Shown here piece by piece: positions 19,519 through 29,475 of a DNA stretch of 64,000 nt. Location: assembly GCA_050261115.1 (NCBI GenBank), contig JBLNCY010000031.1, positions 33,503 through 97,502 on the forward strand, read 5' to 3'. The notes below the pieces were generated by a model. That model saw only the letters and a program-made list of their open reading frames with translations. It was not told the origin of the DNA and did no database searches. Position numbers and translations under genes: made by a program. The stretch comes from Methanocella sp. (GTDB taxonomy: Archaea > Thermoproteota > Bathyarchaeia > Bathyarchaeales > Bathycorpusculaceae). Position 1 is the first letter of the stretch. The number at the start of each line of letters is the position of its first letter.

Positions 19519-20808
19519 TTAGCGTTTTTTAGTTATTTTTTCTCTACCGCCCAAGTATTTTCTTAGCGCATCGGGGACAGTTATGGTTCCATCACTGTTT
19601 TGGTAGTTCTCAATTATGGCGACTATGGTGCGGCCGGTGGCGATGGCGGTGCTGTTAAGCGTGTGTACGGGGCCCTGTGGCGGCGCGCCCTCTTTGATGC
19701 GGTAGCGGACGCCTAAGCGGCGGGCTTGGTAGTCGGTACAGTTGCTGCAGGATACGGCTTCGCGGTAGTCACCCTGTGCGGGCATGTAGACTTCGAGGTC
19801 ATATTTTTTGGCTGCGACGGTGCCTATGTCGCCTGTGCAGACGTTGACTACGCGGTAGGGTAAGCCGAGTTTTTGATAGATGGCTTCAGCGTTTTCTAAA
19901 AGTTCCTCATGGAGTTTTGGGGCGTCTTCGGGTTTGCAGAAGATGAATTGCTCGATTTTGTTGAATTGGTGAGTGCGGAAGATACCGCGGGTGTCTTTGC
20001 CGTGGGCGCCTGCCTCTTTTCGGAAGCAGGTGCTGATTCCGGCCAGTTTGACGGGTAGGTCGTCTTGTTTTAGAACTTCGTTCCAGTACATAGCCGCCAA
20101 CGGATGCTCGGATGTCGCGATCATGTAGAGGTCTTCCCTTTCAATCTTGTAGAGAACCTCTTCGAAGTCTCCTAGCGCCGTTACGCCTTCATATGCGTCG
20201 CGTTTCATCATGTAGGGCGGCACTACTGGGGTGTAGCCGCGGTTTTGGAGTTCCTCAAGCGCAAAATGCATAAGCGCCATATCAAGCATGGCGATGTCGT
20301 TTTTGAGGTAGAAGAATCGGGCGCCAGCGACTTTTCCTGCACGCTCCATATCGATTTGGTCGAGTGGTACTGCGAGGTCAATGTGGTTTTTGACTGGGAA
20401 ATCAAACTTGGGTATGGTGCCCCAGGTTTTGATTGTAACATTCTCGCTTGAGTCCTTGCCGACTGGAACCGAGTCCTCAAGCAGGTTGGGTAGGGTTAGG
20501 AGGTAGGTTCTGATTTGGGCTTCCTGCTCTGATACCTGCTTTTGGGCCTGTGTGATTTTCTGGTCGACTTCTGCGGCTTTGGCGAAGTGGGCGTCGGCGT
20601 TCTGGCAGGCTTTTTTGGCTTTGGCGATTTCGATGGTGATTTGTTTGCGTTCATGGCGCAGGTCGTTTAGTTTGGTGCTGTTTGTACGCCAGTCTTTGTC
20701 TAATGCGATGAGGTCTTCTAGCATTTTTAGGCATTCGGGATTGTTCCGTTTAGCTAGGTTTGCTCTTACGAGTTCGGGGTTTTCCCGGATAAGCTTGATG
20801 TCTAACAT
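19519..20808 (-). CDS. serS: seryl-tRNA synthetase
   Basis: MLDIKLIREN, IATSEH, CFRKEAG, FRTHQFNKIEQF, SCSNCTDYQARRL, HTLNST. Confidence 0.97.
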   Translation of the reverse strand: MLDIKLIRENPELVRANLAKRNNPECLKMLEDLIALDKDWRTNSTKLNDLRHERKQITIEIAKAKKACQNADAHFAKAAEVDQKITQAQKQVSEQEAQIRTYLLTLPNLLEDSVPVGKDSSENVTIKTWGTIPKFDFPVKNHIDLAVPLDQIDMERAGKVAGARFFYLKNDIAMLDMALMHFALEELQNRGYTPVVPPYMMKRDAYEGVTALGDFEEVLYKIEREDLYMIATSEHPLAAMYWNEVLKQDDLPVKLAGISTCFRKEAGAHGKDTRGIFRTHQFNKIEQFIFCKPEDAPKLHEELLENAEAIYQKLGLPYRVVNVCTGDIGTVAAKKYDLEVYMPAQGDYREAVSCSNCTDYQARRLGVRYRIKEGAPPQGPVHTLNSTAIATGRTIVAIIENYQNSDGTITVPDALRKYLGGREKITKKR

Positions 20809-20950
20809 TGGGTCCAGGACCTGATTGTGTACTTGGAAAAGGTGCTATTTAACTCTAATAGCCTAAACAAAGCCGACTAGCTAAGGCTACACTTGCGGGT
20901 CAACCTTTTGGAACATTGATGCTAGCAATTCACAGGAGCCATGTAAGACT

Positions 20951-21000
20951 CTGTTGCTTTGCCGAGGGACCCCTCCCTTATATACAGACACAGCAACCGC
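20951..21000 (-). repeat. dispersed ~50-bp repeat, copy 2
   Basis: Minus strand GCGGTTGCTGTGTCTGTATATAAGGGAGGGGTCCCTCGGCAAAGCAACAG. Confidence 0.8.
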
Positions 21001-21173
21001 AAGGAAATAGCAGAGCACAAATAGGTGTTTGCTGATTTTGGCAGTGAGCGCCTGTACGGTTGCGCGTGGGGTTGTTTTTTGGTTGCCCGACTGGTACAGA
21101 TAGAAAATACGCCTGTTCGCGAAGCGGTACAAACACAAGAATCTTTAGGATCCACTGGGTTGTGGGGGTTGTG

Positions 21174-21689
21174 TTAGGGGTTCGTTGTTGAGAAGTCGTC
21201 TGTTAATTCTTTGATGTGGTCTTTTTTCTGTTTTCTCTTCTTTCTGCCGCGGACATCGATTGCTATCATGAATATGTAGGGGAGCGAGAGGTAGAAAGAT
21301 GCGAAGAATACGTTGCTAAACAGCTGCAGATTAGAATTAGAAAGTAGCGCCTCCTGGGAGATTGTAAACCCATAATCCGCCAGAACATCAACCAACACAA
21401 AAGCGGTCAACGTCAACGCTAAACAGACGATAAATTGAACAATAACACCGCGGTCCTTGCCCAAAATTAAAGACGGAATAATAGATGACAACACGAACAC
21501 CCAAGCAAACGCATAGACAAAAACAATCATGTCTAACCTAAAAAGCAGCCAGCCACCAAAGCTAGGGAACCCAACCGCGATTGTATCTACAACTGTTCTA
21601 ACAGCAGTTTCAGTAAAAATCTGATAACTAACCATCAGAACCCAAGCGACAGATAAATAGGCGGGCGTTGCCAAGGCAGCTTTAACCAA
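21174..21689 (-). CDS. hypothetical membrane protein (about 4 TM)
   Basis: Four hydrophobic segments and a basic C-terminal tail. Confidence 0.75.
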   Translation of the reverse strand: MVKAALATPAYLSVAWVLMVSYQIFTETAVRTVVDTIAVGFPSFGGWLLFRLDMIVFVYAFAWVFVLSSIIPSLILGKDRGVIVQFIVCLALTLTAFVLVDVLADYGFTISQEALLSNSNLQLFSNVFFASFYLSLPYIFMIAIDVRGRKKRKQKKDHIKELTDDFSTTNP

Positions 21690-21704
21690 ACAGCTTCACA
21701 GCCA

Positions 21705-21845
21705 TATTTGCGGCAATTTACGTATATATAATTTATTACACAATTTACCTAGCACACAGCCGTATTTTATTTACACATCATGTTATTTACGGCAATTTAC
21801 GTGTAACACTTTACATTGAAACTTGATTTACAAACAAGCATCTAC
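21705..21845. repeat. ATTTAC repeat array including a 19-bp direct repeat
   Basis: ATTTAC at 21716, 21743, 21769, 21785, 21795, 21826, variants at 21809 and 21840; TATTT(G/A)CGGCAATTTACGT at 21705 and 21784. Confidence 0.7.
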
Positions 21846-22099
21846 GCCTAAAGAAAAAGAGGAATATTATCGGGTTAGTCAAATTTGTTAACTAAAGCAA
21901 TCAGTCTGTTTGCAGTTAAATTATCAAGCGGTCTTCATCTATTGCCACGATTAAACCATAATTTGCTGTGATTATTTTCAAGCAGCCAAAGATGGCGGCC
22001 TCGATAGTCTCGATTTGAAATTGGCAGACACTAAGTAACCGAGCAAGGTCAATAATGCTAATGCTTTTTATCCATTAGTAGAACAGAAAAATCAGTTCT

Positions 22100-22187
22100 T
22101 GGTGCGGAGGGTGGGATTTGAACCCACGAACCCCTGCGGGATAGGAGCCTCAGTCCTACGCCTTTGGCCATGCTGGGCGACCTCCGC
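22100..22187 (-). tRNA. tRNA-Leu (GAG), CCA encoded, no intron
   Basis: GCGGAGG acceptor stem, TAGGA-CTGAGGC-TCCTA anticodon arm, long variable arm, GTTCAAATC, ACCA. Confidence 0.96.
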
Positions 22188-22266
22188 GCACTGTAGCGGA
22201 AATATAGGACAAGGGCACATTTAAAGCCTTTACCGTAAAAAACAAAGAGAAAGACGAAGCGGCTGC

Positions 22267-22860
22267 TTAAATGCCAATGCGGCTAAGCAAGAAATAGCCA
22301 TATTCAGCTAGCAGGTTGGGGAAGAGTCGGACTTTGCGGTTGTCGGTCTTGTAGAAGGCGTCTTCGATGGCTATGCCTTTCTGTTTTGTGTAGTCGCGGA
22401 AGTCAGCGATGCTTAGGAAGTGCAGGTTGGGCGTATCATACCACTGATAAGGCAACGAGGGTGTAACAGGGACACGGCCCTGGAACAGTATGCTTGCGCG
22501 CGCCTTGTAGTGAGCAAAGTTCGGGATCCCGACAACGACTTTTTTGCCAACCCGAAGCGCCTCTTGCAGGACAAAATCTGGCTTCTTAACCTGCTGTAGG
22601 GTCTGGTTGACGATGACGTAGTCGAAGGATTTGTCGGCGTACTCAGAAAGGCCCGTGTCAATATCCTGTTGGTAGACACTTAAGCCTAAAGCTACACAGC
22701 CCACAATGGCGTGCTCGTCAAGTTCGATGCCCTGTGCCCGGACATGCTTTGTCTGGGAGAGATAAGCTAAGAGTTCGCCGTCTCCGCAGCCCAAATCCAG
22801 CACCGAAGACCCCGGCGCTATCCAATCAGCTATGGCTTTACAATCGATTTTACCTGCCAT
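22267..22860 (-). CDS. metW: methionine biosynthesis protein MetW
   Basis: VLDLGCGDGELL, FDYVIVNQTLQ, IPNFAH, LPYQWYDTPNLH. Confidence 0.92.
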   Translation of the reverse strand: MAGKIDCKAIADWIAPGSSVLDLGCGDGELLAYLSQTKHVRAQGIELDEHAIVGCVALGLSVYQQDIDTGLSEYADKSFDYVIVNQTLQQVKKPDFVLQEALRVGKKVVVGIPNFAHYKARASILFQGRVPVTPSLPYQWYDTPNLHFLSIADFRDYTKQKGIAIEDAFYKTDNRKVRLFPNLLAEYGYFLLSRIGI

Positions 22861-22861
22861 G

Positions 22862-23953
22862 CTAGGTGCCTCCGTTACCGTTACTTAATCCCTTAAGGAA
22901 GCCGGCGATTAACCTGTCTTCCTGCTCTGTCTCCACAAGGAAGGAGTCATGACCATAGGATGCGTTGATTTCGCAGTAACTCGCTTCCACACCGCTGAGT
23001 TTGCATGCCTTAACGATCTCCTGTGACTGGTAGGGGGGGTAGAGCCAGTCAGATTTGAAAGCGATAACCAGCACTTTAGCCCTCAAGCCGTGGAAGATGC
23101 TGCCCAGACTGTGACCGTTTAGCAGGTTAAAGTAATCCATGGCTTTGGTTATGTAGAGGTAGCTATTTGCGTCAAACCGTTTAGTGAAGGTGTCACCTCG
23201 GTTGTGAAGGTAGCCTTCGACTTCAAAGTCAGCGCCAAACTTGAAAGGTGCCTTGTCGGCTCGGATTTTGCGGCCGAACTTTTCTGCCATCGAGGTGTCA
23301 CTCATATAGGTTATATGCCCAATCATTCTGGCGATGGCTAAGCCCTTAACGGGGGTGGTTTTGCCGTAGTAGTTACCGTTTAGCCAGTCGGGGTCCGCCA
23401 TGATTGCTTGACGTGCGACTTCATTGAAAGCGATCTGCTGGGGATTATGTTTTAGTGTCGTTGCAATTGGAATTGCTGAGCGTATCCGTGTAGGATAGGC
23501 AGCCATCCATTGCAGCGCCTGCATGCCACCCATCGACCCTCCCACAACAGAGAGCAACTGCTCGATGCCAAGGTAATCGATTAGGCGACGCTGAGCGTTA
23601 ACCATGTCGCCGATGGTGATGAGCGGAAAGTCTGTTCCATAGGGCTTCCCTGTTATGGGGTTAATTGAGGATGGCCCTGTGGAGCCACGACAGCCACCTA
23701 TGACGTTGCTGCAGATAACAAAGTACTTGTCGGTGTCGATGCCTTTCCCGCCGCCTACCAGACTACTCCACCAACCGCCCTCACCTGAAACATGGGAGTC
23801 ACCACTAAATGCATGCAAAACCAAGATGGCATTGGTTTTGTCAGCGTTGAGTTCCCCGTAAGTTTCATACGCCAGCGTAACCGGACCGAGTTTTTCGCCT
23901 AACTCCAGCGTTAACTCGTCGAAGCTGAACTGGTGAACGGGTTGATTTGAGAT
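22862..23953 (-). CDS. metX: homoserine O-acetyltransferase, probable non-canonical (ATC) start
   Basis: [19 protein letters not shown]. The frame continues upstream of TTG 23824 through the conserved [20 protein letters not shown]; AGGAGGT at 23963-23969. Confidence 0.88.
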   Translation of the reverse strand: MSNQPVHQFSFDELTLELGEKLGPVTLAYETYGELNADKTNAILVLHAFSGDSHVSGEGGWWSSLVGGGKGIDTDKYFVICSNVIGGCRGSTGPSSINPITGKPYGTDFPLITIGDMVNAQRRLIDYLGIEQLLSVVGGSMGGMQALQWMAAYPTRIRSAIPIATTLKHNPQQIAFNEVARQAIMADPDWLNGNYYGKTTPVKGLAIARMIGHITYMSDTSMAEKFGRKIRADKAPFKFGADFEVEGYLHNRGDTFTKRFDANSYLYITKAMDYFNLLNGHSLGSIFHGLRAKVLVIAFKSDWLYPPYQSQEIVKACKLSGVEASYCEINASYGHDSFLVETEQEDRLIAGFLKGLSNGNGGT

Positions 23954-23987
23954 TAGCCTGTTACCTCCTAATAGATGAGGGGTGGGT

Positions 23988-25289
23988 TTAGGGTTGGGCG
24001 GCGGCTTTGAGGGCTTGGTCTAGATCCTCGATGATGTCTTGGACGTCTTCGATGCCTATGGATAGTCGAATATAGTCTGGTGTGACGCCAGTGGCTGCCT
24101 GCTCTGTGGGGGTTAGTTGTTGATGGGTGGTGGAAGCTGGATGGATGATGAGGCTTTTTGTGTCTCCGATGTTGGCAAGGTGCGAAAAAAGCTTTACTGA
24201 TCGGATCACTTTTTTCCCTGCTTCTAAGCCGCCTTTAACGCCAAAGCCTACCAAGCCGCCGTAGTATCCATCGAGATATTTCGAGGCGATTTTGTGGTTG
24301 GGGTTGCTGGGTAAGCCTGGATAGTTAACCCAACTGACAAGGGGGTGCTGGCTTAGGAACTGGGCTACATTGAGTGCATTTTCGCTGTGTTTGCGTTGAC
24401 GTAGCGCAAGCGTTTCTAGGCCCTGTATGAATAGCCACGCATTGAAGGGGCTCACGGCTGGACCGACATCCCGCAGAAGCGTAACCCGAGCCTTAAACGC
24501 CAACGCGACGTTGCCTAGGCCGGGGAAGTTACCGAAGGCATCCCAGTATTTGACGCCATGGTAAGCTGGGTCGGGTTCGGTGAATTCGGGAAATTTGCCG
24601 TTGTTCCATTGGAATTTGCCGCTGTCTACGATTATTCCGCCGAGGCTTGAGCCGTTCCCAGCGATGTATTTGGTGGCGGAGAGGACAACTATGTCTGCAC
24701 CGTAATCGATGGGTGCGACTAATCCTACGCCGACGGTGTTGTCGACTACAAAGGGTATGCCTGCGTCGTGAGCGATTTCTGATAGGACTTCAAAGTCAGG
24801 GACATCCAGCTTGGGGTTGCCGATGGTTTCGGCATAGATTGCCCGTGTTTTAGCGTTGATGGCTTTTTTGAATTCCTCAGGGTTCTGTGAGTCTACAAAG
24901 GTGACTTTTCTGCCCAGTTTGGGGAAGGTGTGGTGGAAGAGTTCGTAGGTTCCTCCATAGAGGTTGTTGGCTGCGACGATTTCGTCGCCGACACGTGTTA
25001 TGGTTAGGAGTGCTAGTGTGATGGCGGCTTGGCCTGAGGCGACTGCGAGCGCCGCTGTACCGCCTTCGATGGCTGCTATCCGGCGTTCAAACACGTCGGT
25101 TGTGGGGTTCATAAGTCGGGTATAGATGTTGCCGAGTTCTTTGAGCCCGAATAGGTTTGCTGCATGTTCGGGGCTTTTGAACACGTATGAAGAGGTTTGG
25201 TAGATGGGGACAGATCGCGCGCCGGTTGCTGGGTCGGGGGACTCTTGGCCGGCGTGGACGGCGATTGTGTCTATTCTTCTTTTGGTCAT
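23988..25289 (-). CDS. metY: O-acetylhomoserine sulfhydrylase
   Basis: [52 protein letters not shown]. Confidence 0.93.
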   Translation of the reverse strand: MTKRRIDTIAVHAGQESPDPATGARSVPIYQTSSYVFKSPEHAANLFGLKELGNIYTRLMNPTTDVFERRIAAIEGGTAALAVASGQAAITLALLTITRVGDEIVAANNLYGGTYELFHHTFPKLGRKVTFVDSQNPEEFKKAINAKTRAIYAETIGNPKLDVPDFEVLSEIAHDAGIPFVVDNTVGVGLVAPIDYGADIVVLSATKYIAGNGSSLGGIIVDSGKFQWNNGKFPEFTEPDPAYHGVKYWDAFGNFPGLGNVALAFKARVTLLRDVGPAVSPFNAWLFIQGLETLALRQRKHSENALNVAQFLSQHPLVSWVNYPGLPSNPNHKIASKYLDGYYGGLVGFGVKGGLEAGKKVIRSVKLFSHLANIGDTKSLIIHPASTTHQQLTPTEQAATGVTPDYIRLSIGIEDVQDIIEDLDQALKAAAQP

Positions 25290-25329
25290 TGTTTGTTGCT
25301 CCTTGGTTTGGGTTTAAAACAAGAATGCA

Positions 25330-25342
25330 ATAACGGCGTTAT
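25330..25342. promoter_or_regulatory. palindromic operator ATAAC-N3-GTTAT upstream of metY
   Basis: ATAACGGCGTTAT, just upstream of a TTTTAAAC TATA-like box. Confidence 0.7.
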
Positions 25343-25436
25343 AATGGTTGTTGATTGTAATATTCAAAAAAGAATAAACTGCAAAAAAGAATGGAGACCT
25401 AGGAATATGAAAAAGGGCCCCTAAGCGCCAATACGC

Positions 25437-26495
25437 CTATTCTTTGGGCGGCGTATGGTTCTCCGTCTTATAATTCTGCTGCGGAGCCGCAATCGTAATC
25501 TTTGTTCCCGGCGGCACTGGCCCCGTAACCCACACGTTGCCACCAATTACCGAATTATCGCCCACAACGGTCTCAGCGCCAAGCAGTGTAGCACCTGAAT
25601 AGATGACCACATTGTTGCCTATAGTTGGGTGTCGTTTGCGGCCTTTGATAATGTTGCCCTTCTCGTCCTTGGGGAAGCTGAGCGCGCCAAGCGTGACGCC
25701 CTGATAGAGTTTGACATTATCGCCAATCTCAGCGGTCTCCCCAATTACCACGCCGGTACCATGATCTATAAAGAAGTTATTGCCGATTCTTGCGCCCGGA
25801 TGAATGTCTATACCCGTTAAGCTGTGCATATGTTCGCTCATAATGCGCGGGATTAGGGGCACACCACTCCGGTATAGTTCATGTGCAATGCGGTAAGTGG
25901 TGATTGCAAGAACAACAGGATAGCTCAAGATGACTTCATCAGTGCTAACCGCTGCAGGATCGCCTCTGTATGCGGCTTGTACGTCGCCACTGAGTTTAGC
26001 GCGAATTTCAGGTAGCTTCTCAAGAAGCTCCCGCGCAACTACATGCGCCCGCTTCTGGCAGATGTCTTGAGCACATTCGTTGTTTTTTCTGCAGATATAT
26101 TTGAGGCTCTTTTCTATCTGCTCGGTGAGCCTTATGTAGATGGAGTTGATTTTTATTCCAAGATTATACTTAATGTTTGCCTTGGTGAGTTCAGAGTCCC
26201 CTAGGTAACCAGGGAAAAGGACACTGAACAAATCTTCCAGTACCTCAATGACGACTTTTTTGGAGGGTAAATCGCGTCCTTCAAGGTGATCCATACCGCC
26301 GAATTTCTCGTAGCTAACCAACACTTCGTCTACGAGTTTAGGTATGCCCTTTATCATCCAGTCTTCCTCGACCTTAGGCTCTGACCGCATCAGGGTGTCT
26401 AGCATGCGCTCGGGGTTCCAGCAATCGACGTCCCGGTTTTTCTCTATACATTCTTTGCAGTCTTTTGGTCGAGTAGGGTTAGGTTCTGTCGTCAT
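25437..26495 (-). CDS. cysE: serine O-acetyltransferase (EpsC-type) with Cys-rich N-terminal extension
   Basis: GDPAA, YRIAH, TGIDIHPGA, FFIDHGTGVVIGET, YQGVTLGA, KRHPT. Confidence 0.92.
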   Translation of the reverse strand: MTTEPNPTRPKDCKECIEKNRDVDCWNPERMLDTLMRSEPKVEEDWMIKGIPKLVDEVLVSYEKFGGMDHLEGRDLPSKKVVIEVLEDLFSVLFPGYLGDSELTKANIKYNLGIKINSIYIRLTEQIEKSLKYICRKNNECAQDICQKRAHVVARELLEKLPEIRAKLSGDVQAAYRGDPAAVSTDEVILSYPVVLAITTYRIAHELYRSGVPLIPRIMSEHMHSLTGIDIHPGARIGNNFFIDHGTGVVIGETAEIGDNVKLYQGVTLGALSFPKDEKGNIIKGRKRHPTIGNNVVIYSGATLLGAETVVGDNSVIGGNVWVTGPVPPGTKITIAAPQQNYKTENHTPPKE

Positions 26496-26567
26496 GTCTG
26501 GTCCCTTCTCTGTATTAGTGAGTGGGACATATAAGAGAAGCGTTACAAAAAGAAAAAAGAGAGGAGT

Positions 26568-27521
26568 TTAGATGGTTGGGGGCAGGATGGGATCCTGGAA
26601 CAGTACGGTACTTAGATATCGTTCGCCTGTGTCTGGCAGTATGACGACAATCATTTTATCCTTGTTTTCGGAACGCTTTGCCACTTCAAGCGCCGCCCAA
26701 GTTGCAGCCCCCGCGGAAATGCCGACAAGCAATCCCTCTTCCTGTGCAAGCAACCGTGCGGTTTTCAATGCGGCCTCATCTGTCACCCGGATAATCTCAT
26801 CTACCAACTCTATCTGAAGGGTATCTGGTTTGAATCCTGCGCCTATTCCTTGAATTTTGTGGGGTCCTTTTGTGCCGCCGCTTAGCACTGGAGACGCAGC
26901 TGGCTCAACAGCTATGGCCTTAAAGGAGGGCTTTTTAGGTTTAATGAACTGTGCTACTCCTGTTATGGTTCCGCCTGTTCCGACCCCCGCGACTATTATA
27001 TCGGCTTTGCCTTCTGTGTCTTCCCAGATTTCTGGTCCAGTGGTTTCGCGGTGGATTTTGGGGTTGGCTATGTTTTTGAATTGCTGGGGTATGAAGCTGT
27101 TAGGGGTTTGAGAGGCGAGTTCTTCGGCTTTTTTGATGGCTCCACCCATACCCTCAGGGCCAGGGGTAAGGACGAGTTGTGCACCGTATGCTTTGAGCAG
27201 GTTGCGGCGTTCAATGCTCATGGTTTCAGGCATGGTTAGGATTAGTTTGTAGCCTTTGACGGCTGCAACCATCGCTAGACCGATGCCGGTGTTTCCGCTA
27301 GTGGGTTCGATTATAGTGGCGCCGGGTTTTAGGAGGCCTTGTTTTTCGGCTTCCTCGATCATGGCTTTGCAGATGCGGTCTTTGACGCTTCCGCCGGGGT
27401 TTTTTGATTCAAGTTTGACTATGACGGTGGCGTTTGTTTCTTGGGTTAGTTTGTTTAGGCGTATGAGGGGTGTTTTTCCGATGGTTTCTAATATGTTGGT
27501 TTTTATTGTCATTGTAACCAC
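26568..27521 (-). CDS. cysK: cysteine synthase A
   Basis: [47 protein letters not shown]. Start GTG 27521 or ATG 27512. Confidence 0.96.
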   Translation of the reverse strand: MVTMTIKTNILETIGKTPLIRLNKLTQETNATVIVKLESKNPGGSVKDRICKAMIEEAEKQGLLKPGATIIEPTSGNTGIGLAMVAAVKGYKLILTMPETMSIERRNLLKAYGAQLVLTPGPEGMGGAIKKAEELASQTPNSFIPQQFKNIANPKIHRETTGPEIWEDTEGKADIIVAGVGTGGTITGVAQFIKPKKPSFKAIAVEPAASPVLSGGTKGPHKIQGIGAGFKPDTLQIELVDEIIRVTDEAALKTARLLAQEEGLLVGISAGAATWAALEVAKRSENKDKMIVVILPDTGERYLSTVLFQDPILPPTI

Positions 27522-27525
27522 GTAC

Positions 27526-27542
27526 CTATAACACTGTTATAG
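27526..27542. promoter_or_regulatory. palindromic operator upstream of cysK
   Basis: CTATAACA-C-TGTTATAG, perfect 8-bp arms, between a TATA-like TTTAAG and the start codon. Confidence 0.75.
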
Positions 27543-27634
27543 TGTTTGTGCTTAAAGCCTTTATGGTAACCCCAAACCCAAGTTTAAAAAAAGCATCAAT
27601 AAAAAAGAAATTAAAACCACAATAAAAGAATACC

Positions 27635-28189
27635 CTAAAGCATCCTCAACAAATCCGCCTTGGTGATGATCCCAATAACAACACCCTTCTTGGAAACCAG
27701 AACCGCTGAATAATTCTGCAAAAGCGTAGTAATCAACGACAAAGGAGCATCCTCATTAATTTGCGGAAAAGCCTCCTCCATTATGCGCTCAGTCGGCAAC
27801 TTGGAAATTTCAGCCAAGTCTTTCCCGGCCAGAATTTCACGCAAAATTGCCTTTTCTGAAATGCTACCGACGGATTGTTTTCCGTCAAAGACGGGTATCT
27901 GGGAGTACCCGTGTTCCTTCATGATTTTCACGACTTCAGAGACCGGTTGGGTACGTTGTATGCCTACGACGTTGGTATGCACGAGTTTCTCAGCTTGGAC
28001 TTTTGTTTTGAATTCTAGGCGTTCTAAGACGTCAAAGATGGCTCGGACTTTGGTGTAGGATGAGTCTATGGTTCCAGCTTCGAGTTTGGCGATTAGGGAT
28101 TGGCTTACGCCGGCGGCTTTGGCTAGCTCGGATTGTTTTAGGCCTAGTTGTCTGCGTCGTTTGCCTATGTCTTCTAGTGTGGGAAACAT
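27635..28189 (-). CDS. XRE-HTH + CBS-pair transcriptional regulator (COG3620-like)
   Basis: LKQSELAKAAGVSQSLIAKLEAG; YSQIPV, GSISE, GIITKADLL. Confidence 0.9.
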   Translation of the reverse strand: MFPTLEDIGKRRRQLGLKQSELAKAAGVSQSLIAKLEAGTIDSSYTKVRAIFDVLERLEFKTKVQAEKLVHTNVVGIQRTQPVSEVVKIMKEHGYSQIPVFDGKQSVGSISEKAILREILAGKDLAEISKLPTERIMEEAFPQINEDAPLSLITTLLQNYSAVLVSKKGVVIGIITKADLLRML

Positions 28190-28202
28190 GGTTTATTGTT
28201 AG

Positions 28203-28215
28203 TTAACGGCGTTAT
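28203..28215. promoter_or_regulatory. operator overlapping the HTH-CBS gene TATA box
   Basis: TTAACGGCGTTAT; TAACGGCGTTATA is identical to the metY site. Confidence 0.7.
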
Positions 28216-28335
28216 ATATTCTTTTTTGAATACCAAACCCTAGTCTGAAGCACCCTAGAGCACTATGCAGAGAAAAACCTGCAGAACCCCAGAAACGACT
28301 TATAAGTATAAGCATGTTATAATCCAACGGTAACC

Positions 28336-28689
28336 ATGAACCCGCAATGCGAGATAATCGGCAAATACGTCCTACCGATATTCCGATCAATGCTAGCCAA
28401 AGAACTCGTACAAAAATACAAACTCTCCCAAACCGAAACCGCAAAAAAATTGGGCACTACCCAAGCCGCAGTCAGCCAGTATCTAAGCGCAAAACGCGCA
28501 TACAAAGGAGTAGAACACGTAGAGCAGTATCTCCCCAAAATCCAGGCAATGGCTTGCCAAACTGCCAAGAAACTAGTAAACAAAGAAATTACCGCAGACG
28601 ACATTACACCTGACTTCTGCAGTCTCTGCGCAAGCTTCTGCCGGCATAGAGAGGTTCCTGAATCAGAAAAACCCGAGTATTACATATAA
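28336..28689 (+). CDS. HTH regulator (COG2522/ThiR-N-like) with Cys motif
   Basis: PQCE..YVLP.FR..LAKEL, SQTETAKKLGTTQAAVSQYL, FCSLCASFC. Confidence 0.85.
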   Translation: MNPQCEIIGKYVLPIFRSMLAKELVQKYKLSQTETAKKLGTTQAAVSQYLSAKRAYKGVEHVEQYLPKIQAMACQTAKKLVNKEITADDITPDFCSLCASFCRHREVPESEKPEYYI

Positions 28690-28904
28690 GCACTCCACAG
28701 CAACAGAGCAGTTGCCCCATTCAGGGGGTTAATGATGTTGCAGAATTTCATTTCCATCTGCTAGCATACTTAATCAAAATGGCCCGTATACAAAAGCATC
28801 AACCAGCATACCAGTAAACAAAACGCCACCACACACCACGCAACATGCAAGGGGCAGCTAAGTCCTTATTTACCTCCACACCCTTAAAACTCATGGTGAA
28901 CTTT

Positions 28905-29408
28905 ATGACTAAAACCGACGAAAACCTAAAAGAGGCGTTTGCAGGCGAATCTCAAGCAAACCGACTCTACCTCGCCTTTGCCAAAGCAGCCCAACAAGAA
29001 GGCTTTCCCCAAATCGCCAAACTCTTCAGGGCCGCAGCCGAGGCAGAAACTGTCCATGCCCAAAACCACCTAAAAGTCATGGGCCAAATCAAGACCACAA
29101 TCGACAATCTAGGCACAGCAGTCTCAGGCGAAACGTATGAGTTCACAAAAATGTACCCCCAATTCATTGAGGAAGCAAAAGCTGAAGGAAACAAACAAGC
29201 GGTCAAGAGCTTTGACTATGCCAACAAAGTGGAAGCTATCCACGCAGAGCTATACAAAAAAGCCATCGAAAGCATAAAAGCTGGCAAAGACCTCCCAGCA
29301 GCTCAGATTACGGTCTGCCCAGTCTGCGGAAACACCTTTGAAGGCACCGAACCCGATATATGCCCGATTTGCGGAACACCCAAAAGCTACTTCATGAAAA
29401 TAGAATAG
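28905..29408 (+). CDS. rbr: rubrerythrin
   Basis: AFAGESQA, EAETVHA, GETYE, VEAIHA, CPVCG...CPICG. Start ATG 28905. Confidence 0.93.
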   Translation: MTKTDENLKEAFAGESQANRLYLAFAKAAQQEGFPQIAKLFRAAAEAETVHAQNHLKVMGQIKTTIDNLGTAVSGETYEFTKMYPQFIEEAKAEGNKQAVKSFDYANKVEAIHAELYKKAIESIKAGKDLPAAQITVCPVCGNTFEGTEPDICPICGTPKSYFMKIE

Positions 29409-29475
29409 GCCAAAGCCTAACTAACCTAACTTTTTATTTTAAGGATTACTTAACGTCGTCTAAAAAGGAAAGGGG

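Noticed and set aside
14111-21000. Repeat copies 1 and 2 as terminal inverted repeats of a composite element
   Set aside because: They enclose serS, rps3ae and cofD, with no transposase, and a third copy lies elsewhere.
20887-21155. Two small minus-strand ORFs
   Set aside because: No coding-like composition; one or both span the dispersed repeat.
25330-25342. Operator as a SurR box
   Set aside because: Half-sites are arranged AAC-N3-GTT, not GTT-N3-AAC, and no SurR-like gene was recognised here.
25290-25436. SAM riboswitch or T-box upstream of metY
   Set aside because: Short AT-rich gap without the conserved cores; contains a DNA palindrome instead.
22100-27521. Cys/Met block as a tRNA-integrated island
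   Set aside because: It lies on the 5' side of the tRNA; no integrase or duplicated tRNA end was found.
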